Source: Octopus bimaculoides (lineage: Eukaryota). From it: a stretch of 37,536 nt of DNA. The stretch's first letter is position 1, and every line of letters begins with the position of its first letter. Shown here piece by piece: positions 11,139 to 20,819 of the stretch. A program made the translations under genes and the position numbers. The DNA is taken from assembly GCF_001194135.2 (NCBI RefSeq), contig NC_068985.1:14703777-14741312 (forward strand), read 5' to 3'. The notes beneath the pieces are model-generated. The model saw only the letters and a list, made by a program, of their open reading frames with translations, had not been told where the DNA came from and did not search any database.

Positions 11139-11320
11139 GCATTACATTTGACAGAGTAATCTAAACACTAATTGCATGCAATTAATTGAAACATGTATTT
11201 TAAGTCTATATTGTTCAGATTACTCTGTCAAATGTAATGCATATTTATTCACATTGTTTTGAATGAAACCTGCATTATCTCACAGCTTCGAGTTTACAAT
11301 GATGTGATTGTATGACATAG
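11139..11320 (-). repeat. Fragment of the repeat also seen at 18935-19510, ending in a 29-bp inverted repeat
   Basis: Reverse complement aatcacatcattgtaaactcgaagctgtgagataatgc matches aatcacatcactgaaatctcaaggctacaagataat near 19300. Confidence 0.55.
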
Positions 11321-11335
11321 TTGGCAGGTAAATAA

Positions 11336-11680
11336 CACCATTTGAGCGTTATCATTACTAGTGTTGCCTTCCTGGCATGTGAAAAGACATTCGAGCGAGA
11401 TCACTGCCAGTGCCGCTGGACTGGCTCCTGTGCAGGTGGCATGTAAAATACACCATTTTGAGTGTGGCCGTTGCCAGTACTGCCTGACTGGCCTTCATGC
11501 GGGTGACACGTAAAAGCACCCACTACACTCTCGGAGTGGTTGGCGTTATGAAGGGCATCTAGCTGTAGAAACTCTGCCAAATCAGATTGGAGCCTGGTGT
11601 AGCCATCAGGTTTCACCAGTCCTCAGTCAAATCATCCAACCCATGCTAGCATGGAAAGCGGGCATTAAACGATGATGATG
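11336..11680 (+). mobile_element. Family-C retroposon (RTE-type 3' end, (ATG)n tail)
   Basis: Internal TGCCAGT...ACTGGC repeats, GGTTGGCGTTA(G)GAAGGGCATC block, ends CCCATGCTAGCATGGAAAGCGG...TTAAACGATGATGATG. Confidence 0.88.
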
Positions 11681-11805
11681 TGAGTGATGGATCTGGTTGT
11701 TTTGAACATAAAGTAGGTAGAGTATTTGAGCCTGATATGGGCAAGACCTTTGACATTATGTCATGCTTGAGAAGGAGACCCATCAAGCCGAGGAAAATCA
11801 CAGTC

Positions 11806-11935
11806 GTGGCAGATACTGGTGGCATGTAAAAGCACCCATTATACTCTCGGGAATGGTTGGCATTAGAAAGGACATCCAGCTGTAGAAAACCATGCCAAAT
11901 CAGATTGGAGCCTGGCACAACCTTCCAAGCATGGC
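11806..11935 (+). mobile_element. Family-C fragment
   Basis: ggcatgtaaaagcaccc...ggttggcattagaaaggacatccagctgtagaaa. Confidence 0.7.
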
Positions 11936-12048
11936 AGCAAAGAAGGAATCCCTTGCAGCAAGTTATAACTTGCTATCATGAAATTTATTCTGCCAGCCAC
12001 TTTGTATCTCTTTGCAAATGATGTTCTGTTTTTTTTTTTTCTTTACAG

Positions 12049-12179
12049 ATATGATGCTGACAGTGACTCAACTGGGCAAGTTTCAAAAGCCACATATCTT
12101 TCAAGATTAAAACATCTCTTGCAAGATGCAAATAAACGCAAAGAAGCATTAGCATCTCTGTCAGCTCAAAAAACCTCAG
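12049..12179 (+). CDS. DDX51: DDX51 exon 2 (131 nt)
   Basis: Poly-T/ttacAG acceptor; YDADSDSTGQ...LSRLKHLLQDANKRKEAL...KTS; donor GTAAAA at 12180; phase 2 to 1. Confidence 0.85.
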
Positions 12180-12202
12180 GTAAAATTTTCACGTTGAATA
12201 TA

Positions 12203-12341
12203 TTTATTTCTTTATTGCCCACATAGGGCTAAATATAGAGGGGACAAACAAGGACAGACAAAGTCGACCTTGGCAGAATTTGAACTCAGAACGTAAAGAC
12301 AGACAAAATACTGCTTTACGTTTCTGCCAGCTTGCTGCTCT
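12203..12341 (-). mobile_element. Family-B SINE, internally deleted
   Basis: ttatttctttattgcccac...gacaaagtcgaccttggc...tttctgccagcttgctgc; the central domain is missing. Confidence 0.8.
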
Positions 12342-12540
12342 TCACATTGAATATATTAAATCATTAATGTTTTATATTGATATTCTTGAGTAACCCTTGA
12401 CAGTTCTAATTGAATGGATTCAGTGGCATGTAACTAGTTTATGATTACATTTAGAAACAAGCTGTAAAACTTACCACAAATATAATGTGTTTAGGTGTTA
12501 GTTTGAGTTGAACATCTTAGTTTGTTCTTTGTTTAAGCAA

Positions 12541-12905
12541 AGGCATGGCTGTGTGGTTAGAGAACCTTGCTTTGCAACCATGTGATTTCAGGTTCAGTCC
12601 TACTATGAAACACATTAGGCAAGTATCTTCTTGTATTGCCCTGGGTTGACCAATGTGTTCAGAGTGAATTTGGTAGACAGAAACTATAAAAAGCCCATTG
12701 AATATGTATGTGTGTGCTTTTGTGATTGTCTCCCACCATACCATAACAACTGGTATTGGTTTGTTTACATCCCCATAACTTAGCTATTTAGTAAAATAGA
12801 CCAATAGATCAAGTGCTACACTTAAAAATAGATATTTGGGTCATTTAGTTTGACTAAACCCTTCAAGGCAATGCCCCAACATGGTCGCATCCAATGACTG
12901 AAACA
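12541..12905 (+). mobile_element. Family-A SINE, diverged
   Basis: ggcatggctgtgtggttagag...caggttcagtcc...aatgactgaaaca. Confidence 0.8.
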
Positions 12906-12946
12906 GATTCGAGATAAAGATTAGTAGCCATGGTGACTGCATCTTT

Positions 12947-13479
12947 CATCATCATTTAGCGGCCGCCTTCCATGCTAGCATGAGTTGGACGATTTGACTG
13001 AGGACTGGCAAACCAGATGGTTGCACCAGGCTCCANNNNNNNNNNNNNNAAGAGTGTAGTGGGTGTTTTTACATGCCACCGGCACAAAGGCCAGTCAGGC
13101 GGTACTGGCAACGGCAACGCTCAAAATCGTGTATTTTATGTGCCACTTGCCCAGGAGCCAGTCCAGTGGCACTGGCAACGACCTCGCTCGAATGTTTTTT
13201 CACATGCCACCAGCACAAGTGCCAGTAAGGCGACGCTGGTAACGATCCTGCTCAAATGGTGCTATTTACGTGCCACTGGCATGGAAGCCAGACAGCTGCT
13301 CTGGCAATGATCACGCTCAGACGGTGCTTTTGCGGTCCTCTGGTACAGGTGCCATCACGATTTCGATTTCACTTGCCCCAACAGGTCTTCGCAAGCCAAG
13401 TTTAGTGTCCAATGAAGGAGAGGTTGGCATGGGTGCCAGTCGTCGATTTTTGGTTCGATTTCAATTTCACTTTGCCCCC
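12947..13479 (-). mobile_element. Family-C retroposon, long copy
   Basis: (CAT)n tail at left, several ~65-bp internal repeats, 5' block ttgccccaacaggtcttcgcaagc shared with 19516-20038. Confidence 0.88.
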
Positions 13480-13542
13480 ATTTTAAAAGACAGAAGAGAT
13501 TTTCCTACAATGACAGAACTGAATTGGATATGTAGTAATATT

Positions 13543-13705
13543 GTGGCAAGCTGGCAGAAACATTAGCACGCCGGGTGAAATGTTTAGCAGTATTTTGTCT
13601 CACTTTACATTCTGAGTTCAAATTGCACCGAGGTCGACTTTGCCTCCTGAGTCAATAAAATGAAGTCCGGCTCAGTGGTATTAACTAAACTTCTCCCTTC
13701 AAAAG
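13543..13705 (+). mobile_element. Family-B SINE
   Basis: ggcaagctggcagaaacattagcacgccgggtgaaatg...ctgagttcaaattgcaccgaggtcgactttgcc. Confidence 0.8.
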
Positions 13706-13951
13706 TTTAAGCAATTATTATATATGCATTTGTGTGTATGCACATACATATATATATATATGCACACAGCCAGCCTGTCATTGTCATTTAACATTCATTC
13801 TCCTTGCAACCATATTATCATTATCACCTTCATTTAATGTCCGGTTTCCATGCTGACATGTGTGTGTTAGATGGAGAGCTGCACCAGACTCCAGTCTGAT
13901 TTGGAATAGTTTCTATGGCTGGTATATGTATTGTATATAATGTAATTTCAG

Positions 13952-14478
13952 AAGAACCTGAGCAAAGTGATGAAGTGGTTGTCCTAGAAACAGCTGAAGA
14001 TGATGGTGGTGTTACTGTTAAAGAGATTAAAGAAATCAAAGAACAAGAAGTACATCGCAAGAAAAAGAAGAAACGCAAAGACAAAAACAAAATAGCAAGT
14101 CCCCAAGTGAACGAAACTGAAGTTGCCCTGACAGAAAAAACTGAAAGTAACCAAGTATCAACTAAACATAAAAAACGTAAAAGAAAAGCTTCTGTAGATA
14201 ATAATAATAATAATGATGATGAGGAAGAGGCCATTTCTTCACGTACTCTTGCTAAAAAACTGAAATTTGATTCTGAAAGTGTTGGTAAATATGAGGATAA
14301 AGTGAAAGTGGACACAGAGGCAGATGTGGATGCAAATTGCGTGAATGAGGACCAACACTTGGAAGTGCCCCTTGAAAAACAGAATGGGGATGTTAATGAA
14401 AGTTTTATCCAAGAAGGACCACATGAGTTTGGGGAATTCACCGTTCTTGGAGAATACAAAAGACAGGAAGTACAAAAG
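13952..14478 (+). CDS. DDX51: DDX51 exon 3 (527 nt; Lys/Glu-rich low-complexity N-terminal region)
   Basis: tttcAG acceptor; open frame EEPEQ...HRKKKKKRKDKNK...KHKKRKRK...EFGEFTVLGEYKRQEVQK; donor GTAAGA at 14479; phase 1 to 0. Confidence 0.88.
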
Positions 14479-14659
14479 GTAAGATGTTTTTGTTTGCACT
14501 TGTGTTTCATTACTCATCCTTTATTCAGGCGCTAACCGACATTTTCCTTGTTTCCAAATATAAGCTATGAAATTCCACAAGTCTTTGAATGTTGAAATGG
14601 TAGCATCGCCACTGCCCAAGCAGTTATGTTATGAAACCCAATGGAGTCTAGCACACTTA

Positions 14660-14830
14660 TTCACACACACACATTGGGCTTCCATACAGTCCCCATCTGT
14701 TTCAAATTCTGCTCGCATTGCTCAACACTAAGCTATATTAGAAGATACTGTCCCAAGGTGCCACACCTTGGGATTGAACTGGAAACCACATGACTATGAT
14801 GTAAATTTCATGATCACATTATAGCCACAT
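14660..14830 (-). mobile_element. Family-A SINE 5' half, decayed
   Basis: aagctatattagaagatactgtcccaaggtgccacac...gattgaactggaaaccacatg...cattatagccac. Confidence 0.65.
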
Positions 14831-14831
14831 G

Positions 14832-15120
14832 CATGGCTATGTGGTTAAGAAATTTGCATCCAAACCACATTTTTTCAGGTTCAGTCCCACTGTGTGACAT
14901 CTGGACAAGTGTCTTCTACAATGGCCCTGAGCTGACCAAAGATTTGCAAGTGGATTTGGTAGATAGAAAATGAAAGAATCCTGTGATATACATATGTGTG
15001 TATATATGCACTTGTATGTATGTGTGTGTGTGTGTTTGTGCCATGTCTTGACATCACATGATTACTTCCAGTGAATGTCACTTATTGCCAATATACTGTG
15101 AAAATACATGTGGTCATTGG
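14832..15120 (+). mobile_element. Family-A' SINE (A head, alternative middle), truncated by a mariner MITE
   Basis: catggctatgtggttaag...caggttcagtcccactg...(TG)n then cttgacatcacatgatt...catgtggtcattgggg, as at 23640-23740. Confidence 0.7.
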
Positions 15121-15127
15121 GGTATAT

Positions 15128-15279
15128 TATTGGGTTGTCCACAAAGTTCGTGCCGATTTATAGTAGCTTGCCTTTCGACTTATTTGCCATGAAACCACCT
15201 CAATTCTGGGAAGAGGGTATTTTCAAGTTAAAGGAAAGATGGAGACGCATTGTGCAACAAAATGGCTCATATTTGGTTT
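15128..15279 (+). mobile_element. Second copy of the mariner-derived MITE, right end removed by a SINE insertion
   Basis: TATTGGGTTGTCCACAAAGTTCGTG followed by the reverse complement of the 2922-3153 interior (FAMKPPQFWEEGIFKLKERWRRIVQQNGSYLV). Confidence 0.85.
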
Positions 15280-15659
15280 ACTCTTTTACTTGTTTCAGTC
15301 ATTTGACTGTGGCCATGCTGGAGCACCGCCTTTAGTCGAGCAAATCGATCCCAGGACTTATTCTTTGGATACCTAGTACTTATTCTATCGGTCTCTTTTG
15401 CCAAACCGCTAAGTTACCGGGATGTAAACACACCAACATCTGGTGTCTGTGGGGGGACAAACACAGACACACAAACACATATACACATATATGTACATAT
15501 ATACGACAGGCTTCTTTCAGTTTCCGCCTACCAAATCCACTCACAAGGCTTTGGTTGGCCCAAGGCTATAATAGAAGACACTTGCCCAAGGTGCCACGCA
15601 GTGGGACTGAACCCGGAATCATGTGATTGGTAAGCAAGCTACTTACCACACACCCACTT
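15279..15659 (-). mobile_element. Family-A SINE, near full length
   Basis: tactcttttacttgtttcagtc...ctacttaccacacaccc. Confidence 0.9.
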
Positions 15660-15661
15660 GT

Positions 15662-15727
15662 TATATTTTAAATTAATTGAAAGAAACATAGAGCATCTCA
15701 ACAGAAATATGGTAACAAAAGGGTTAA
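15662..15727 (-). mobile_element. One end of the TTAA (piggyBac-type) MITE
   Basis: Reverse complement of the 18268-18333 segment; ends ggtaacaaaaggg-TTAA. Confidence 0.7.
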
Positions 15728-15803
15728 GGAACCACAAAGATGCTGTCTTGTCGGTTCATTTTTACCATTCTTTACTGTAGTATTGTTTTTATTTTTATTA
15801 CAG

Positions 15804-15954
15804 GTTTCTCGGAAATTACCTGATTGGCTGGTAAAACCAAATTTGATAAAAACTGATCTTTCAGAAGAAAAAACACACGTTTCCGAATTTGAAGGTCTTG
15901 ATGCTAAACTAAAGAAGAAGCTTCAAGAGAATGGAATCAATTATTTCTTTCCAG
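15804..15954 (+). CDS. DDX51: DDX51 exon 4 (151 nt, start of the Q motif)
   Basis: ttacAG acceptor; VSRKLPDWLVKP...LQENGINYFFP; donor GTAAGC; phase 0 to 1. Confidence 0.93.
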
Positions 15955-16063
15955 GTAAGCTTCCCCCTTTCTCTTCAGTTTAAGAAATAGTACCTGCTGA
16001 TGGTGCCACATTATAAGCACCCAATACACTCTGAAAAGTGTCTGGCATTAGGAAGAACATCCA

Positions 16064-16398
16064 AGGCAGTGAGCTTGCTGAATCATTAGCATGCTGGGCG
16101 AAATGCCTCCATGAGGCCCAACGCTCGAAAGGAACTCAGCCACTTGCCTCCATGAGGACCAATACTTGAAAAGAACTCAGCCACTTTGCCTCCATGAGGC
16201 CCAACATTCAAAGTGAATTCTCTTATATGCCACCAGCACAGGTGCACTTGAGTCTGAGTTCAAATTCCACCAAGGTCGACTTTGCTTTACATTCTTTCGG
16301 GTTCGATTAAATAAGTACCAGTTGAGCACTGGGGTTGATGTAATCGATTAACCCGCTTCCCTTAAAATTTTCAAGGGCTTGTGCCTAGAGTAGAAATA
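16064..16398 (+). mobile_element. Family-B SINE inserted in a family-C copy, carrying an internal 41-42 bp x3 repeat
   Basis: 17-bp imperfect TSD attaggaag(aa/gg)catcca at 16047-16063 and 16399-16415. Family-C sequence continues on both sides (about 16010-16063 and 16399-16541). Confidence 0.8.
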
Positions 16399-16789
16399 AT
16401 TAGGAAGGGCATCCAGCTGTAGAAACCATCCTAAAACAGATTATGGAACCTTGGTGAAGCTCCTGGCCTTGCCAGCATCTGTCTAACTGTCCAACCCATG
16501 CCAGCAAGGAAAATAGATGCTAAATGATGAGGATGATGATGTAACTATTTTTCCAAATCTGTATTTAGGTAGGGGGAAAGCTCCAAAAAGGGTCTCAGGG
16601 AGTAGCATCCCTGCCTTCCTGAACTAGTTTTCCACCAAATTTCTTTAAAATCGTGGTAGAGGCCTTGGTCTTGGGACCACTCATGTCTAGAAACTGAGGT
16701 TGGTGATAAGCAAGGGCATGCTTCCTGTGGAAAATCCAGCTCCAAAAAAGCCTCATGATAGCAAAGGAAAATGGGCACCAGACAGTCCA

Positions 16790-16905
16790 AAGGTTGGGGT
16801 GGGTTGCACCTGCTTGCCTTGGTTGCTATGACATTAAGGTAGATGTGGCCACCCCTGTTAACGGGAACAAAAGCTGGATTTAAAACACTGGATGATGATG
16901 GCGGT
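16790..16905 (+). mobile_element. 3' end of the RTE-like family seen at 29313-29662
   Basis: ttgctatgacattaaggtagat...ccacccctgttaacggg...tggatttaaaac...gatgatgatg matches 29585-29660. Confidence 0.7.
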
Positions 16906-16913
16906 GTATTCAT

Positions 16914-17035
16914 CATCACCATTATCATCATTCAATGTCCATGTTCCATGCTGACATGAGTCGGAGAGTTTGACAGGATCTGATGTGTCCAAGGACTGGA
17001 TTAAGCTCCAGTGTCTGCTTTGGCATAGTTTTTAT
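16914..17035 (-). mobile_element. Family-C-like 3' fragment
   Basis: (CAT)n then ttcaatgtccatgttccatgctgacatg...gtttgacagg. Confidence 0.65.
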
Positions 17036-17050
17036 GAAGGCATGATCTAT

Positions 17051-17424
17051 AGGTGCAGGAGTGGCTCTGTGGTTAGTAGCTTGCTTCCCAACTAAATGGT
17101 TCTGGGTTCAGTCCCACTGTGTGGCGCTGTGGGCAAATGTCTTCTACTATAGCTTTGGGCTGACCAAAGCCTTGTAAGTGGATTTGATAGACAAAAACTG
17201 AAAGAAGCTGTCGTATATATGTATTTGTATGTCTGTGTTTGTCCCCCCCACCTACCATTGCTTAACAACCAATGTTGATGTATTTACATCCCCATAACTT
17301 AGTGGTTCAGCAAAAGAGACTGATAGAATAAATACCAGGCTTACAGAGAATAAATCCTGGGGTCGATTAGTTTGACGGTGCTCCAGCATGGCTGCATTCA
17401 AATGACTGAAACAAGTAAAAGAGT
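17051..17424 (+). mobile_element. Family-A SINE, full length
   Basis: aggtgcaggagtggctctgtggttag...gactgaaacaagtaaaagagt. Confidence 0.9.
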
Positions 17425-17719
17425 ATTGTACTTTAGTTCTCACAGAAACCTGCTTGTTTTCTCAGCCGTTGGTCATCGAGGTGTTTTGGTAGTCTGGGCT
17501 AGACATGTCGCATGGTTCACAGACAACAGGTGGACTTGTGCAGTTGCTGAGTGGTATCCTAGAGATCAGAAAAGGCCACTTGGTCAAGGTGGAAAAGAAT
17601 GGCACAATCAAGACAGAACCAGAAGTGCATTGTGACCGATGGTCTGCTCAGTGCTGTGATGATGTTAAAATTAATTATGTTATCATTTAATTGGTTTATT
17701 CCTGCTTTATTAATTACAG

Positions 17720-17865
17720 TGCAATGCCAGCTGCTTCCAGTTCTACTTAAGGACGTTCGTTTTGGTGTGAATGTCGGCTGTGCAGGATACCATCCTCGAG
17801 ACATCTGCTGTTCCAGCCCAACCGGGAGTGGAAAAACATTTGCATTCGTCTTACCAATTCTTCAG
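17720..17865 (+). CDS. DDX51: DDX51 exon 5 (146 nt; end of Q motif and motif I)
   Basis: ttacAG acceptor; VQCQLLP...RDICCSSPTGSGKTFAFVLPILQ; donor GTAGGG; phase 1 to 0. Confidence 0.95.
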
Positions 17866-17898
17866 GTAGGGTTCCAATATTATCTGTTTTTATCATTT

Positions 17899-18258
17899 TA
17901 TCTTTTACTTGTTTCAGTCTTAGGACCTTGGCCATACTGGGGCACCACCTTGAAGCATCTGTTCAAACAAATTGGCCCTAGTTCTTTGTTTTTTAAGTTT
18001 AGTACTTATCTGTCTTTTTAGCCAAACATTTATGGGGACGTAAACAAACCAACACTGGTTGTGAAGTAGTGGGGGAAAACAAAGATACACACACACACAC
18101 ACACTCTGGGCACACGGTATCTGTTTACCAAATCCATGAAAAGGCATTTGTTGGCCCCAGGCTATAGTAGAAGGCATTTGCCTAAGGTGCTATACAGCGG
18201 CACTAAACCTGAAACCACATGGTTTTAAAATGAGCCCCTAAACCACACACTCATGCCC
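17899..18258 (-). mobile_element. Family-A SINE, diverged
   Basis: tcttttacttgtttcagtc...ggctatagtagaagg...aaaccacacactcatgcc. Confidence 0.82.
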
Positions 18259-18271
18259 ATAGCTACTTTAA

Positions 18272-18491
18272 CCCTTTCGTTACTGTATCTATTTTGAGAT
18301 GCTCTGTGTTTCTTTCAATTACTTTAAATATAACAAAGAATTTAGTAAAATAACTTAGTTATCATTAAGCTGGAGTTAGGAACATAAATTGTGACTAAGG
18401 TTTGGTGGAAGATTTTAATTCAAAACTTAAGAAAACAAGACATTTGTTCTCAGAGTCAGAGCCAGTTTCAGCTGGGTTGGCAATAAAAGGG
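18272..18491. mobile_element. piggyBac-type MITE with TTAA target duplication
   Basis: TTAA(18268-71)-CCCTTTCGTTAC ... GCAATAAAAGGG-TTAA(18492-95); short CCC/GGG TIRs; a partial second copy at 15662-15727. Confidence 0.75.
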
Positions 18492-18650
18492 TTAAGGGAA
18501 AAAGTTTTGTACCAAGATTTAACTCTAAATTAGGGCTGCGGCTATATATAAGTAAATACAGCATGTGCATTGAACAGATCTTTAATTTTCTTACACTCAT
18601 GTGTTCTTTATATATTTAAAAACTTTTGTTACTTTCTATTTCTTTGTCAG

Positions 18651-18767
18651 TCACTCAAAGGTCGAGTTGTGTGTCGTGTAAGAGCTCTTGTTGTTTTACC
18701 AGCCAGGAGTCTTGCCCAACAAGTATTCAATGTTTTCCGAACTTATGCTGCAGATCTACATCTGAAG
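18651..18767 (+). CDS. DDX51: DDX51 exon 6 (117 nt; motif Ia)
   Basis: gtcAG acceptor; SLKGRVVCRVRALVVLPARSLAQQVFNVF...LK; donor GTAAAA; phase 0 to 0. Confidence 0.93.
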
Positions 18768-18934
18768 GTAAAATATTTGTTTACCCTTTGTCTTAAGATT
18801 ATCTTAATTTGAGGATTAGGAATCCAGATTAGTGTTCAGATCTTGCCTTACTTTTTCCTTTGTTCTTTCTTAACCATTTTGATATTGATCAGCATCAAAC
18901 CTCCTTGGTTCTATGACACAAAATTTCCTGTTTT

Positions 18935-19510
18935 CACCCTTTAGCATTTCAACCAGCCATATCCGTTCCAAAATATTCCAGCTGTTTTACATTTAAACTG
19001 ACTAGATCAAGCCTCTCACACCTATCTTACAATGCTATTCTTATTTCTTTATTACCCACAAGGGGCTAAACATAGAGGGGACAAACAACGACAGACAAAG
19101 GGATTAAGTCGATTACATCGACCCCAGTGCGTAACTGGTGATTAATTTATCAACCCTGAAAGGATGAAAGGCAAAGTCGACCTCGGCGGAATTTGAACTC
19201 AGAAGATAACGCCAGACGAAATACTGCTAAGCATTTTGCCCGGTGTGCTAACGTTTCTGCCAGCTCACCGACTATCCTACAATGCCATTCTAAGAATAAA
19301 GAATCACATCACTGAAATCTCAAGGCTACAAGATAATATATGATTAATTCAAAACGATGTGAATTATTAAGCTTTAAATTTGAATGCAGGATATGGTTAA
19401 ACTCACCAGATCCAGCCTCTCACACCTACCCTATAATGTCATTCTAAAAAATAAACACTCACACCTTTTGAAATGTTGAAGCTACAAGATAATGCTTGAT
19501 TAAATCACAA
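18935..19510 (+). repeat. Unclassified interspersed repeat (possibly TTAA-type), internally duplicated, hosting a family-B SINE
   Basis: Starts ttca-ccctttagcattt. The block agatc(a/c)agcctctcacaccta occurs twice (about 19003 and 19409). Related to 11139-11320. Confidence 0.5.
19041..19272 (-). mobile_element. Family-B SINE, full length, with a 20-bp imperfect TSD
   Basis: ctatcttacaatgctattct (19022-41) versus ctatcctacaatgccattct (19272-91). Confidence 0.9.
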
Positions 19511-19515
19511 ACAGT

Positions 19516-20038
19516 CATCATCATCATTTAACGTCCGCTTTCCATGCTAGTATGGGTTGGACAATTTGACTGTGGACTGGCAAACCAGATGGCTACACCA
19601 GCCTCCAATCTGATCTGGCAGAATTTCTACAGCTGGATGCCCTTCCTAACGCCAACCATTCCGAGAGTGTAGTGGGTGCTTTTACATGCCACTGGCACGA
19701 GGGTCAGTCAGGTGGTACTGGCAATGGCCACGCTCAAAAAGGAGTCAGTCCAGTGTTTCGTTCACATGCCACCGGCACGAGTACCAATAAGCTGAAGCTG
19801 GAAACGATCGCACTCGAATGGTGCTTTTTATGTGCCACCAGCACAGAAGCGAGACCGCTGCTCTGGCAGTGATCCCGCTCGGATGATGCTGTTAGCGCTC
19901 CACTGGCACGGGTGTCAGTCATCGAATTTGGTTCAGTTTCAACCTCACTTGCCCCAACAGGTCTTTGCAAGCTGAGTTTAGTGTCCAATGAAGGAAGGTT
20001 TGCATGGGTGCCAGTCAACGAATTCGGTTCAATTTTCG
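19516..20038 (-). mobile_element. Family-C retroposon, long copy
   Basis: catcatcatttaacgtccgctttccatgctag tail, internal repeats and the shared 5' block. Confidence 0.9.
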
Positions 20039-20149
20039 ACATTGTTTAATATTTGTTTTCCATGCTATTAAAGTAAATGAATCTTTTACCATTGATCCAC
20101 AGAATATGAACATGTAACTACTGTTTCAATTTGTTGCTGTTTTTCTTAG

Positions 20150-20211
20150 GTTATCTTAATTATGGGAGAGAAAGTCTTTCAAAAAGAACAAGAATCTCTA
20201 GTTGAGAGAAG
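20150..20211 (+). CDS. DDX51: DDX51 exon 7 (62 nt)
   Basis: cttAG acceptor; VILIMGEKVFQKEQESLVER (KEQESLV as in DDX51); donor GTAGGC; phase 0 to 2. Confidence 0.9.
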
Positions 20212-20399
20212 GTAGGCATTTTCTCTTTATTTTTTTCAATTTGGATTTCATGGAAATTTAGTCATGCACATGTTTTTCACATTTTTGCACATGGAGAGGC
20301 TGTACCAGGTTCCAGCCTGATTTGGCTTGGTTTTTATATGTCTGTGTATATATGTGATGTGACCTTTATATATGTATCTTAAATGGTTATGTATATGTG

Positions 20400-20660
20400 T
20401 GAGTGTTTGTTACTGTCTCCTTGCTTTGGCTTTGTGTGGCATTTGTAAACAAGTGTCGTGAGCATGATCATGCAAGCAGTGTCCTTCATTTCCAGTCTTC
20501 CTTGAAAACAATGCCTGGTGATGGGGGAAATATTATCTTACTTGGAAGCAGGTGAGGGTTGGTGACAGGAAGGATACCTAGCCATAAAAGATATACCTCA
20601 ACTAATTCCATTTGACCCATGGAAATGTGAAAAAGTGGACATAAAAATAATGATGATGGG
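20400..20660 (+). mobile_element. Family-A' 3' half with RTE-type tail
   Basis: ...gggaaatattatcttacttggaagcaggtgagggttggtgacaggaagg...acccatgg...gtggac...atgatgatg. Confidence 0.65.
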
Positions 20661-20819
20661 GATAATGATTGCAGTGTGTGTGTGTGTTAGGTTATGTTGT
20701 TTGAGGTGGATATTATTGGCCTAATGGCTTTACCTGAGATTGTTATAGAAAATGATGTGTTTCTTCCTTCAAGCTAGTGAACTATATTTGAGATTGTCTT
20801 CAGAGTCATAGCGACATGA

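Noticed and set aside
11336-13479. CRISPR-like regularly repeated motifs
   Set aside because: These are internal repeats of a eukaryotic retroposon, with no unique spacers and no cas genes.
13830-14510. 226-aa minus-strand ORF
   Set aside because: Antisense shadow of the purine-rich DDX51 exon 3.
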